Positions 1 through 9,982 are shown, counted from the first letter of the stretch. The stretch: DNA of 64,000 bases from Candidatus Lernaella stagnicola (GCA_030765525.1 JAVCCK010000010.1:450441-514440), one strand, 5' to 3'. A program made the numbers and translations. The notes: generated by a model from the sequence alone, not told the origin.

Positions 1-630
1 TTTGAAACCCTCATCGATTGGACGGGCGATTGCTCCGACACTTCGGTGTTGCTGGCCTCGATCATTCATTCCATGGGATACGGCGCCGTCTTGGTGGGTT
101 ACCCCACGCATTTAGCGGTCGGCATCAAGTGCTCGCCGGAGTACGTCAGCCGGATGACCCCCGGGAAAACCGTCACCTATTTCGATCACAAAGGCGGCAA
201 ATACTATTTGTGCGAGACCACGGGAATGTGGTTCCAAATCGGCGAGAAACCGCCCAACCACCCCGACGTTGCCGAGATCACGTCCGTGCCGAGAAGCGCG
301 CCGCCCTACGCCGCGCAAAGCGGCACCGCAACGTTCAACATCAGAAGCAGATACGCCTATAAGGTGTTCGTCGAATTTTGCTCGGCAAACCAATCACCCT
401 ATAGCTACCATTGGCCGGAGCACGACAAACTGTGGGTCATAGCCGACAACGAATGGCACGAATACCGGCTCGATTGCACAATGGGCGACCTGATTTGCTT
501 CGGCGCCAGGAATTCAAGCGACGCATCGCGCGTGACTTCGTCATGGGGCAGCGGCGCGGGCTGCAAAAAGTTATGCCAAAAATGCTGCATACCCTGCGGC
601 GGATCGTACCGAACCAATCTTACACCGTGA
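1..630 (+). CDS. transglutaminase-like (papain-fold) cysteine protease domain protein, 5' end outside window
   Basis: Frame 1 is open from nt 1. Translation ...DWTGDCSDTSVLLASIIHSMGYGAVLVGYPTHLAVGI...YYLCETTG shows the Cys...His core typical of transglutaminase-like domains. Stop at 628-630. Confidence 0.55.
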   Translation, partial: FETLIDWTGDCSDTSVLLASIIHSMGYGAVLVGYPTHLAVGIKCSPEYVSRMTPGKTVTYFDHKGGKYYLCETTGMWFQIGEKPPNHPDVAEITSVPRSAPPYAAQSGTATFNIRSRYAYKVFVEFCSANQSPYSYHWPEHDKLWVIADNEWHEYRLDCTMGDLICFGARNSSDASRVTSSWGSGAGCKKLCQKCCIPCGGSYRTNLTP

Positions 631-738
631 GCGCGGCGGCCGATCCGGCATATTAAGCAGTGTTTCTTAGGAACCCGGCTGGGACCGGTATACTCTAAAA
701 GAATAAGATTGGTTTCTATTTAAACGGGAGGTGTTGAA

Positions 739-969
739 ATGGCCATGAGTCGAGTTCACGTACAGCATCGAGACGGTTCGCCCGCGCGCCACGTGCGGGT
801 AGTGCTGGGATTTTCCGGAATCGCCGGCGGGATGACCAAACCCGCGTTTACCGACGGCAGCGGCGACGCTGTCGTGGAACACTCGTCCACCGGCCGCGCG
901 ACGGTATATGTCTCCGGAAGCGACTGCGGCTCGTTCCACGCGCCCGGCACTTACGCCGCGACCGTGTGA
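739..969 (+). CDS. hypothetical small protein (76 aa)
   Basis: ATG preceded by GGGAGG RBS (aaacgggaggtgttgaaATG). High-GC codon usage consistent with neighbours. No recognisable domain. Confidence 0.4.
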   Translation: MAMSRVHVQHRDGSPARHVRVVLGFSGIAGGMTKPAFTDGSGDAVVEHSSTGRATVYVSGSDCGSFHAPGTYAATV

Positions 970-1129
970 AAGCAACCGGACCTCCGCCGGAGTTGATCGC
1001 TGCGAACAGCCGGGTTACGGTATTGTCCAAGAAGTGACGAGTGTAGCTAGTCCCGGCCGGTAAAGATTGGTTCTTTACGGGTGAAGACTATCGAAAAGCC
1101 AAACACATCGTTCGCAAGGGGGAAACCGT

Positions 1130-1669
1130 ATGCCTTTCGTAAAACACGCGTTATGGGCCTTCCTGGCTATTTTTCTGGTAAGCGCCATGTTTGTTGCTTG
1201 CGGCGGCGATGACGAGGATGAAGAAACCGGCACGGACGACGACGCCGACGATGATGATGACGCCGCTGATTGCGCCACGATGCCGGACATGGTCGTGGAC
1301 CGCTTCACGTTTTACGACACCAGCGGCTTTTTCGGCACGGACTTTTCTTTCACCGAGATCGTGATCTGTAACGTCGGCGGCGCGGCGGCGCCCGCGAATT
1401 CCGTTTTCGGGTTTTATCTGGTAGCCAATGCCGACTTCACCGGCGATTACTACATCGTTGCGAAATCCAGCCCGCTGGTGGGCTTCGTCCCCGGCGACTG
1501 CCTCACGTTCACCCTAAACGCCACCTCGAGCGAAGTGGCTGAAGGGTACTACTACGTGTACATCGTCGCCGACAGCCAGGACGACATCTCCGAGTGCAAC
1601 GAATCCAACAACTGGGCCCGCTCCGAGGAAGCCATCTACGCCAAACCCGACGAGACAGAACCGGTTTGA
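1130..1669 (+). CDS. lipoprotein with poly-Asp/Glu linker and CARDB-like beta-sandwich domain
   Basis: Signal peptide with lipobox (LVSAMFVAC). Acidic linker GGDDEDEETGTDDDADDDDD. CARDB-like C-terminal motifs (YYYVYIVADSQDDISECNESNN). Confidence 0.6.
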   Translation: MPFVKHALWAFLAIFLVSAMFVACGGDDEDEETGTDDDADDDDDAADCATMPDMVVDRFTFYDTSGFFGTDFSFTEIVICNVGGAAAPANSVFGFYLVANADFTGDYYIVAKSSPLVGFVPGDCLTFTLNATSSEVAEGYYYVYIVADSQDDISECNESNNWARSEEAIYAKPDETEPV

Positions 1670-1698
1670 GCTCGCGGTCGACCGCGAGCTCTATCTTT
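1668..1698 (+). terminator. intrinsic terminator candidate (24-bp perfect palindrome gagctcgcggtcgaccgcgagctc followed by tatcttt)
   Basis: Perfect GC-rich palindrome immediately after the TGA of the CARDB lipoprotein gene. Weak T tract. Confidence 0.4.
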
Positions 1699-1904
1699 CC
1701 AGCGACCGTCTAGTTAGCGGCGTTGCGATTATTTCGATATTGTGACCGCCACCGGCCAAAAGACCATGGAAATTTTCAAGCGTTACGACACGGTGTCGAA
1801 GAAAGACCTCAAAACCCTCACCGCCGCCGAAGAAAAAGGCGAAGTTGATCCATAGTCAGGTAAAGGACTATAAAACAAGGAAAACCTACCGCGAGGCGAA
1901 GGAC

Positions 1905-4900
1905 ATGCCGGGAGTTGAATTGAATCGCAGTTTTATTGACATCACGGATTCACATCAGGAACCCGACGTCCGGATGATGGCGAGTATCCTGCAGCAGCTG
2001 GACCGCGCTCTGAATTGGACTGGCGTGTTACAACACAAGTACGCTGTCATTCTTGGTGAAGCCCTATCCGGAAAGACGTGGGAGTTTCGGAGACAAACCG
2101 AGCGGATTAACAGTAACGGCGGTGACGCATTCTTTTTCCTTCTCCGATCTTTGGCAAACGGCGACTACGAAGTTGCCTTGAGCGGCCCAGAGGAAGGCGA
2201 AAAATTGGAGAAGTGGAAAAGCTCAAATGGCGAAGCTTATTTTTTCTTGGATTCGCTTGATGAAACGAAAATTGCAGGAAAGAGCCTGGACCTCGCATTA
2301 CGCCACTTCGAGAACCGACTCGGCGCCAGCATCAATCGAGCACGTGTCTACATTTCGAGTCGATTTTCGGATTGGAGGCCTAACGCCGATCTCGAAATAC
2401 TGAACGAATTTATAGAAAAAGTGGACAAAAAGAGTGACGGAATTGAAAACGACCAACATCAAAACGGCAACAGAGAATTCACCGCCCGAGTATTTCATCT
2501 TGGATGGTTGAACAATGAACAGATCCGGACAGTGGCTGAGTTCGAGACAAAGCGAGACGCGACAGGCTTCGCTGCGGCTGTGTACCGGGAAGGGGTTTCT
2601 GAACTCGTTGCCAGACCCGGGGACGTGCGATGGGCTGTACGCTTTTGGACAGAAAAAGGGCGCTTCGGCAGATATTCAGAAATAATTGAACACAATATCC
2701 AGCAGCGTCTTCAGGAACGAAGAGAGTTGGTTGAAAGCCTTTCGCCGCAAGAGTGTCAGGCGGCAGTCGAAGACTTAGCGCTCTTCGCGACTATGACGGG
2801 CTCCTTTTCTTTTCAAGTTCCTGATCATGGATCTTTTGCGGGAGAAATCGGGCAGCCGGTCAATGCGAGTGACATACTACAGTCTTGGAACAACGAAAAA
2901 ATTGGCCGGTTGTTGAGGCTGGCAATATTTGACGTGGCAACATACGGACAGGTGAAGTTCCACGTGCGTCCGGTTCAAGAGTATCTCGCGGCCATGTCGC
3001 TGAAGGCGAAGTTCTCCGATGGTGTGGGTCAGAAAGAGATCGAACGTCTTTTCTTCGTCCAGAGTTTTGGAGCGACCGTAGTGCCGCGGCACCTTCACGA
3101 AACAGCAGCTTGGTTGGCAATAAAGATCGATTGGTTTCGAGAGCAGCTGGCGGATATTGCACCGGAAATTTTGATTGACCTGGGAGACCCGTCTTCACTT
3201 CCGATAGATACAAAAAGAAAGCTCCTCCGAAAGTGGAATTTGAAAATGCGGGAGCGCCCATACCAATGGCAGTGGTTCGGCGTCCACTCGTTGCGCCGGT
3301 TTGCTTCCGAAGAACTCGTGCCGGAAATCAACGAAATGCTCCTTTCCGAGGAAACTCATCATCTTGCGAAACGAACCCTGTTGTCGTTGGCGGACGACGG
3401 TGGGCTTCAAGGAGCAGTGAAATCGTGCCTCGCATTGTTGAAAAACCGTCGTGAAAGGGAAATGCTAGGGGATTTGGCTTGTGACGCCGTTTGCGCCAAT
3501 GGAAGCCGCTCGGAGAAGAGGGAGCTTGTGGAAACCGTCCTCGGGTTCCAAAACGTGCAATATGCAATTTCAAACAGTGTTGCAAAGCGGTTATTTCCGG
3601 AAGTTCTGAAGCGAGAAGAATTGGTCGAAGTGATTAAAAAGACACGGCCTTTTCCGGATGAGAACACAACGACGTATTTCGAATTGTTTTTGGAAAACCA
3701 ACTCCCTGAAAAATGCGACGTAGAAACGGCTAAGTTTATCCTCAGGGAGTTCGTGTTCAAGGCCAAAGCCGATGCGGGAACTAATGAGCGATGGAGGCTA
3801 TGCCAGGAAGCGACAAGATGGACTGAGCGCATTGTGACTGGCTTGCTGGTAAAATTACTTGAAAACACAGAAAACACGGAGGAAATCGAAAACGCTCTGA
3901 TCGCATTTAGAAACGAAGACACGCACGTGAGTTCGAGAAGACAGGCCTTGTTCAAACGTGTGGCGGAGGCATTGAAAGCGAATGCCGGGTGCAGGAGAGC
4001 GTTGTTTTGGCGGAACGTCGCTCAGGTACCAGAATCTGAAAGGAGCGGCCCGCCATACTACCGCAATTTGAATTACCCGTTCAGAATCTTCCATTTGGAT
4101 GAGTGGGACACCGATTGGTTGCTAGAGGATGCGGCAAGAAAAGAAAAGCGTTTAGATCGCCTTGTGGCATTCGAACTTGCATTGTGTTTTCTCGGACGTG
4201 TCAAAAACCTGAAGGCCGACCCCCGCGTCGAGGAATTAAGAAGGCAACACGTGGAACTAGATGCGCGGTTTATGCGTTTTACGAACCCAAAGCCGTCTAA
4301 TAGTTTCATGAAGACGCCCAGTCAGCGAAAAATTGAAATGTACGAAAGGAGAGATAAGGCAAAGCGTGAGGCAATGAAGAGCAGAACTGCGGAAATCGAA
4401 AAAGCCGCCGATGAGGAAGCTCTCCAGGAGCTCTATATCTATTGCCTCCAGAGAGTCATAAAAACGCAACTTGGCATCTCCAATCTGCGTCCGGTCATCG
4501 AGGAATACGGCGAAGAAACAGCAAACGCCGTCAAAGAGGGCGCTAAACGTTTCTGGAGGAAGCACCCCGTTCAAAAATTGACGTGCGGTAGTGTCGGATT
4601 GGCGTTGACGGGCTTGCTGTTCGAATTCCTTGGCGGATTGGATTTCGCGAGCATGCCGGAACCGGATGTGGCCATTGCGACAGAGTTAGCTTTGGAAGAG
4701 AAAAACGAGTTCCCACCTTGGTTCGAGAATTTACTTGAAACAAGACCGGGAATCGTGAAACCGCTTGTATCGAGAAGCTTGGAGGAGGAATTCACCAAAC
4801 CCGAAGAAAGCCGCCCCCGGCGCCCAAATATCGAGAAAGTGCGTAAAGCTAGTTCAACCGTCCGATCAGTTTTTGAGGAGCAGATTTTCAATTTGTTGAA

Positions 4901-6044
4901 AACATCGGCGCCGCTTTCAACCGAAACACTGCAAAATGTCCTCGGAATCCTGGTTGATTCGGTTGAAGTGGACTGCGAAGACCTTTCAGCGAGGATTATT
5001 GTGCTTGCGAATGAATTCAGGCATTCACGAGATTCCTTTGTTCCTTTGTGGTGTGTGTTGTTTTGCGTAAGACCAAGTCATGCGATTGAAATGTGGGAAA
5101 GCATTAACTCAACTACCAGTGACGACGAAATCGACGATCTTAAACACGAAATATGTAAATTCCTGAGTTTCTGGTCCAATGGACTTTGGCCGACTGAGTT
5201 TCCCAGAAACGATGCGAAACAATTGGGGTTTCTGATTGCGGGGTTGCACCCCGATGATAAATCCACGAATGACGACTACTACGCGCGCCACTTTTTAAAC
5301 GACGTGGAAAAGTGGCTTTGGAACACGAATTCGGAAACGACTGTCGCAGTATTCCGCGAATTGTCGGAAAAGCCGTTGTTTCAGCATCGGAAGTATGAAT
5401 TCCTCAGGAGTGCAGAAACGAAAGCACGGGAAGTTGGGAGTTGTCGGCCGTTCAGCATGGCACAGGTGAGAGATTGGTTGGGCAAAAAGAGTTTCGAACC
5501 ACTTTTACCAGGCCAGCTTTTCCGAATCGCGAAGTGGCGAATAGAAGAGGCAAAAGCTGCAATTGAGAAAAACAGGTTCAGCCTTCGCAATGAACTCAGG
5601 GAAGGCGATGAAGCCGGATTCCAACGATGGTTGGCAAACGCCCTTGAAACGAACAGCCACGGCCATTTCTCTGTTGTGCGCGAAGAAGAGGTCGACCAGA
5701 GGAAGAAACCAGACATCCGCCTTCATTCGACCAGTTTCATGTCGCCGATCGGTATCGAAATGAAAATCGCGGACAATTGGACTGGGCCCAAATTGGCGGA
5801 GCGCCTAAGAAACCAACTAGTTGGTCAATATCTTTCTACACATGATGCTTTCTATGCGCTGTTCGTCGTCGCCTTCTTCGGACGGGGGAAAGAACGGTGG
5901 CAGATTAAAAGGGGGCACAATCTCGATTTCAGCGAACTGGTTGATGAACTCCGGGCGATCGCATCCGACATCGCAAAAGGAAATCCAGAAGTGTACGGTC
6001 TCGAGGTAATCGGAATCAATTTCCGGGATCCAAAAAAAGGTTAG
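1905..6044 (+). CDS. NACHT-type STAND NTPase (~1380 aa) with long alpha-helical middle region and C-terminal PD-(D/E)xK-like nuclease module
   Basis: Walker A AVILGEALSGKT. Walker B AYFFLDSLDE (NACHT-style DxxDE). Sensor RVYISSR. C-terminus carries ...EEEVDQRKKPDIRLHS-(12 aa)-IGIEMKIAD, i.e. PD...(D/E)xK spacing. Region 1700-6100 is markedly lower in GC than the flanks. ORF opens at TTG 1845; ATG 1905 (preceded by gaaggac) is taken as the start, which is uncertain. Confidence 0.7.
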   Translation: MPGVELNRSFIDITDSHQEPDVRMMASILQQLDRALNWTGVLQHKYAVILGEALSGKTWEFRRQTERINSNGGDAFFFLLRSLANGDYEVALSGPEEGEKLEKWKSSNGEAYFFLDSLDETKIAGKSLDLALRHFENRLGASINRARVYISSRFSDWRPNADLEILNEFIEKVDKKSDGIENDQHQNGNREFTARVFHLGWLNNEQIRTVAEFETKRDATGFAAAVYREGVSELVARPGDVRWAVRFWTEKGRFGRYSEIIEHNIQQRLQERRELVESLSPQECQAAVEDLALFATMTGSFSFQVPDHGSFAGEIGQPVNASDILQSWNNEKIGRLLRLAIFDVATYGQVKFHVRPVQEYLAAMSLKAKFSDGVGQKEIERLFFVQSFGATVVPRHLHETAAWLAIKIDWFREQLADIAPEILIDLGDPSSLPIDTKRKLLRKWNLKMRERPYQWQWFGVHSLRRFASEELVPEINEMLLSEETHHLAKRTLLSLADDGGLQGAVKSCLALLKNRREREMLGDLACDAVCANGSRSEKRELVETVLGFQNVQYAISNSVAKRLFPEVLKREELVEVIKKTRPFPDENTTTYFELFLENQLPEKCDVETAKFILREFVFKAKADAGTNERWRLCQEATRWTERIVTGLLVKLLENTENTEEIENALIAFRNEDTHVSSRRQALFKRVAEALKANAGCRRALFWRNVAQVPESERSGPPYYRNLNYPFRIFHLDEWDTDWLLEDAARKEKRLDRLVAFELALCFLGRVKNLKADPRVEELRRQHVELDARFMRFTNPKPSNSFMKTPSQRKIEMYERRDKAKREAMKSRTAEIEKAADEEALQELYIYCLQRVIKTQLGISNLRPVIEEYGEETANAVKEGAKRFWRKHPVQKLTCGSVGLALTGLLFEFLGGLDFASMPEPDVAIATELALEEKNEFPPWFENLLETRPGIVKPLVSRSLEEEFTKPEESRPRRPNIEKVRKASSTVRSVFEEQIFNLLKTSAPLSTETLQNVLGILVDSVEVDCEDLSARIIVLANEFRHSRDSFVPLWCVLFCVRPSHAIEMWESINSTTSDDEIDDLKHEICKFLSFWSNGLWPTEFPRNDAKQLGFLIAGLHPDDKSTNDDYYARHFLNDVEKWLWNTNSETTVAVFRELSEKPLFQHRKYEFLRSAETKAREVGSCRPFSMAQVRDWLGKKSFEPLLPGQLFRIAKWRIEEAKAAIEKNRFSLRNELREGDEAGFQRWLANALETNSHGHFSVVREEEVDQRKKPDIRLHSTSFMSPIGIEMKIADNWTGPKLAERLRNQLVGQYLSTHDAFYALFVVAFFGRGKERWQIKRGHNLDFSELVDELRAIASDIAKGNPEVYGLEVIGINFRDPKKG

Positions 6045-6145
6045 CCGCGCCTAAGAAAAACAGTGGACATCTATATGAACACCGGGGATTTTTCGGCACG
6101 AAAAAAGGGATCAGACCGAATCGCCTAACCCCTTGAAATCATTTG

Positions 6146-6230
6146 TGCCGGAGGTCGGAATCGAACCGACACGAGCGCAAGGCTCGCGGGATTTTGAGTC
6201 CCGTGCGTCTACCAATTTCACCACTCCGGC
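6146..6230 (-). tRNA. tRNA-Leu (anticodon CAA)
   Basis: Reverse complement GCCGGAGTGGTGAAATTGGTAGACGCACGGGACTCAAAATCCCGCGAGCCTTGCGCTCGTGTCGGTTCGATTCCGACCTCCGGCA folds as a class II tRNA with long variable arm. Anticodon loop CTCAAAA. CCA not encoded. Confidence 0.85.
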
Positions 6231-6283
6231 GAGATAAAAAAGAGCGAATGTGCAAACTGGCGAGTCATGCGCCTCATACAACT

Positions 6284-6356
<73 letters not shown>

Positions 6357-6429
6357 GAAACGGACGTTCTCTTTACCAAACTTCGCGTCAACTCGTCAAG
6401 CGTCAAACACCGGTGTTTCGCCTGTGTCC

Positions 6430-8409
6430 TCAGCCGTTTTGACCGCCGGCGCGACGCGACTTGGAGCGTTCACTAAGCGCGCGAATCACCTCTTCGTTGC
6501 GCTCGACCGGAATCGACTTCTGCGCCTGTTCGATCCAGGCCTGCAAGGTTAGGTCGGCCTTTTCGCCAACCAACTCATCGCGCAACTCATCGCGCTTGAC
6601 GCGGTATGCCGCGGGCGAAGGCTCGACGCGTTCTTTGAGCACTGCCACCACCACGCCGCTGCCCGCTTGGTAGGGCTTCTCGACCACGGGGCTGCCCGAG
6701 GTCAGCGCGAAGGCGGCGACTTGCAGTTCGGGCGCGGCGCCGACTTTCGGCACGGCGGTTTGCTGCCGCGCGAACAGACCGGTTTCTTGGATGTCCAAGC
6801 CGCGGGCGGTTGCGACGGCGTCGAATTTTTGGCCCGCGTTGAGCGCGGCGATGATCTGTTCACCCTTGGTTTGCAGGGCTTGTTGTTCAAGTTCTTTGCG
6901 TAGTTCTTCGCGCACCTTTTCGGCCACGTCGGCGAATTCCGGAATGTGTGATTCGACGATGTTGGTCAGCTTGAACAAGAATATCTGGTCGCCGGTCACG
7001 AAGGGCTCGCTGATGTCGCCGGTTTGAAGCTGGAACAGATCGATAGCGGCGCGACGGCCGTTGCGGATACCGGGCACGCCTTCGTCCTTCGTGAAGGTTG
7101 AGGTGGAGACAACTTTCAAGCCGCGGTCGTTTCCGAAGCGAAGGATATCGGCGCCGGGAGTGAGTTCGGCTTTGGCGGCGTCGGCGTCGGCTTTCGCCAT
7201 ACGTCGGGCCTCAAGTGTTTTCACCCGGCGTTCGATACGCGCCTTCACATCTTCCAGGGCCAGGATACTTTCCGCGCGCTTTTCCAGCGTTTCGATGATG
7301 TGGAAACCGTAGGGCGACTCGACCACGCCCGAGCGCTTACCCGGCTCGAGGCTGAAGGCGGTTTCTTCAAAAACCTTGACCATGCGGCCGCGACCGAAGA
7401 AGCCCAGGTCGCCGCCCTTGTCCTTGGTGCCAGGATCTTCGCTGTATTTCTTGGCGAGTTCGGCAAAGTCGCCGCCGTCTTTGAGTTGGTCAAGAATATC
7501 TTCGGCTTTAATGCGCGCCGCCTCTTTGAGGGCGGTGTCGGCGTCGGCGTCGACGTTGATCAGAATGTGGCGGGCGTGCGCTTGTTCGGGTTGCTTGAAT
7601 TCCCGGTCGCGGTTCGCCTCATAGTATTGCGTAATTTGCGCCTCGGAGATCACGACGTCTTCGACGTAGCTGGAAGCGTCGAATACGGCATATTCTGCCT
7701 TGCGCTTTTCGGGCATCTTGAAGCGCTCTTTATCTTTTTCGAAGAAAGCGTTGGCGCTCTCGTCGGTGACCTTAACCTCGCCTTTCACCTTGTCGGGCTC
7801 GAGTTTGACGAAGCGCAAGTTGACCTTCAGTTCGCGGTTATCGAATTCTTCCTGCACTTCGGATTCGGCAACCTTGACCGAGGAAAGTACGAGAGAGCGC
7901 AGTTTCTGCCCGAGCAGTTGGCGGCGCAAATCGGTTTCGTAATCCGTGGGGCTGACTTTCTGCCGGCGCAGGATTTGGATGTAGCGCTCGCGGTTGAAAC
8001 GCCCGTTCTGATAAAAGACGGGGTTCTTAACGATGGTGTTGCCGAGCTCCGCGTCGGTGACCGTCAGGCCCATTTGCAGGGCGAGGCTTTGAATGACGCG
8101 CTCGGTGATCAGCTTGTTCAGGGCGATGCCGGTCATGTCCATGTTCGCCAAGAAACTGTCGGCCGATTCGCCGAATCGATCGCGGTACATCTTGGCAATG
8201 CTTTGTTCGGTATTGACCAGTACGCGCGCGCCGATAGGCACACCGTCAACCTGGGCCACCCAAGCTTGCTTGTTTTGACCGCCACGACCGGCCGTGCGGC
8301 CGACGTACGACATGGCGCCGAAACCAATAATAAAGCTAAGCGCAACCGCGCCGAGGAGGATCTTGACAAGCAGCGACTGCTTGGATCGCCTTAAGATACT
8401 GAGAGCCAT
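6430..8409 (-). CDS. ppiD: periplasmic chaperone / peptidyl-prolyl isomerase PpiD (SurA-like N-domain plus parvulin PPIase)
   Basis: N-terminal membrane anchor. Parvulin motif HARHILINV...GGDLGFFGRGRMVKVFEETAFSLEPGKRSGVVESPYGFHIIE. 659 aa, typical PpiD size. Confidence 0.75.
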   Translation of the reverse strand: MALSILRRSKQSLLVKILLGAVALSFIIGFGAMSYVGRTAGRGGQNKQAWVAQVDGVPIGARVLVNTEQSIAKMYRDRFGESADSFLANMDMTGIALNKLITERVIQSLALQMGLTVTDAELGNTIVKNPVFYQNGRFNRERYIQILRRQKVSPTDYETDLRRQLLGQKLRSLVLSSVKVAESEVQEEFDNRELKVNLRFVKLEPDKVKGEVKVTDESANAFFEKDKERFKMPEKRKAEYAVFDASSYVEDVVISEAQITQYYEANRDREFKQPEQAHARHILINVDADADTALKEAARIKAEDILDQLKDGGDFAELAKKYSEDPGTKDKGGDLGFFGRGRMVKVFEETAFSLEPGKRSGVVESPYGFHIIETLEKRAESILALEDVKARIERRVKTLEARRMAKADADAAKAELTPGADILRFGNDRGLKVVSTSTFTKDEGVPGIRNGRRAAIDLFQLQTGDISEPFVTGDQIFLFKLTNIVESHIPEFADVAEKVREELRKELEQQALQTKGEQIIAALNAGQKFDAVATARGLDIQETGLFARQQTAVPKVGAAPELQVAAFALTSGSPVVEKPYQAGSGVVVAVLKERVEPSPAAYRVKRDELRDELVGEKADLTLQAWIEQAQKSIPVERNEEVIRALSERSKSRRAGGQNG

Positions 8410-8473
8410 GCAAAAAACCCCTGTTAATTCAAGCTCACGGAACGTGGAAAGCTACAACAGCGGTGTGTAAAAA

Positions 8474-9982
8474 TCAACCGCTCTGATCTGAGGTCGAACT
8501 CTCGTCGAATTCTGGCTCCGTGGCGTCGGATTCGGTTGTGTTTTGTTGCGCCGTCGAGACGAGGCGTTCGGCGTATTCGCGCTCGTCGGCACCCTGATAA
8601 ATTGTCGTCAGTACTTCGGGAATCAGCGGCATATAGCGGGCGAAGTGTTTCGTTAAATGTAAGTCCACCGCCTCCAGAAGTTGCTCGGGTGAAGTGAAGC
8701 CGCTGACGATTTCCCGTTTGCGTTTTTTCCAATAGTTGTACTCGTCGTCTTCCAGAAAGCGAATCACGCCCGCCCAGAAAAGCAGTTTTTGGATGGCGTA
8801 GATGGTTTTCTGGGTCAGTTCGTAATGCGGCAAACCGGCCTTAGCCAGAAACTCTTCCGCGTAGGGTCCGAGTAGGTATTCCTCCAACTCGTATTGACTC
8901 ATGGGGTTGCCGGGGCCGTTGATCCGGCAGATTTCGGAAATCACGGGCTTGGCGATTTCGCGGTTATACAAGTAGATACGCGGCGACCACAACGTTCGCA
9001 AATAATCCCCCCGCCGGATGTCTTTCGGATCCTGCGGGTAATCTTGCGGGTCGTCGTGTTGGAAAGCAAAATTCGAGGGTTGATCGTGGTCGCGGTCCGT
9101 GATGGTGACAATGGAGTCGTCGCCGCTCTGGCCGTCATGGCCGGGAACGTGCCCGTCTTCGGTGGCGGCCGGTCGCTCCGCGCTCTCAGCCCCGGCCTTT
9201 AGCCCTTGGCCGGCAAGCAGTTCGATTTTCATTTCCTGGAAACGATCGTCGTAGGTCAGGCGCACCACATCCTTGCAGGCTTCGAGAAACTCGCGGAAGT
9301 TGGCGAAACCCAAGTCGGCCTCATCAAACGATGGAGCCAACTGGATCATCTGCCAACGCAGCCATCGGCCGACGGCCGGGCGATCGGTGAAGCGGTGGCG
9401 TTGCATGGCGCGGGCGAGCAGATCCTTGGCCTCCTGCATATCCATGTCGCCGACGGTTTCGCGCAGCAGGTGCGGATTTTCCGTGGCGATGGTGCGATAG
9501 AAGCGGAATAGGTTGCAGGCGCGCACGAGGTGATCGCTGGTGTGTTGGCGCGTGCCGATCCCCACGACTTTCTTGCCGTATTTGCGCAAATTGAGAATAA
9601 GGCCGGTATAGTCCGAGTCCGACGCGACGATCACGTAGGTTGTGATGGCCGGAAACGTAAATAGCGTTTCCATCGAGTCGGCGGTCAGACGGATATCAGC
9701 CGCATTTTTGCGCTGGGTGCCGCGTGTATAAATTTGGACGAGGTCGACGTTGTTCCCCAATAGATTGTACATATGAGGATTCACATAATGCCAGTTGGAG
9801 TAGGCTTTTTTGATGGCGACCCGTCCAATGTTTTGGTCGACGTACTCAAGAACCTTGCCGATTTGAAAGGGTTCTTCACCGGTCTCTTCGACGGTCAACC
9901 GCATGTTCTCAAAATCGATGAACACGGCAGCAGTTTCCTTGCCAGGGTTGAAGAGCAAAGGAGCCTCGGTGTCGTTAAACAT
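8474..9982 (-). CDS. NYN (LabA-like) ribonuclease-domain protein with C-terminal OST-HTH/LOTUS-like region
   Basis: NYN motifs VFIDFENM, KNAADIRLTADSMETL, VIVASDSDYTGL, GKKVVGIG. Basic/acidic C-terminal extension. Confidence 0.6.
   Translation of the reverse strand: MFNDTEAPLLFNPGKETAAVFIDFENMRLTVEETGEEPFQIGKVLEYVDQNIGRVAIKKAYSNWHYVNPHMYNLLGNNVDLVQIYTRGTQRKNAADIRLTADSMETLFTFPAITTYVIVASDSDYTGLILNLRKYGKKVVGIGTRQHTSDHLVRACNLFRFYRTIATENPHLLRETVGDMDMQEAKDLLARAMQRHRFTDRPAVGRWLRWQMIQLAPSFDEADLGFANFREFLEACKDVVRLTYDDRFQEMKIELLAGQGLKAGAESAERPAATEDGHVPGHDGQSGDDSIVTITDRDHDQPSNFAFQHDDPQDYPQDPKDIRRGDYLRTLWSPRIYLYNREIAKPVISEICRINGPGNPMSQYELEEYLLGPYAEEFLAKAGLPHYELTQKTIYAIQKLLFWAGVIRFLEDDEYNYWKKRKREIVSGFTSPEQLLEAVDLHLTKHFARYMPLIPEVLTTIYQGADEREYAERLVSTAQQNTTESDATEPEFDESSTSDQSG

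Noticed and set aside
1845-1904. Upstream TTG start (MIHSQVKDYK...) for the NACHT gene
   Set aside because: Non-ATG start without RBS. ATG at 1905 has a gaaggac spacer context. Kept as alternative only.
7300-8394. 364-aa plus-strand ORF inside ppiD
   Set aside because: Antisense to a well-supported PpiD gene. Low-complexity Ala/Leu/Val/Gly composition. No RBS.
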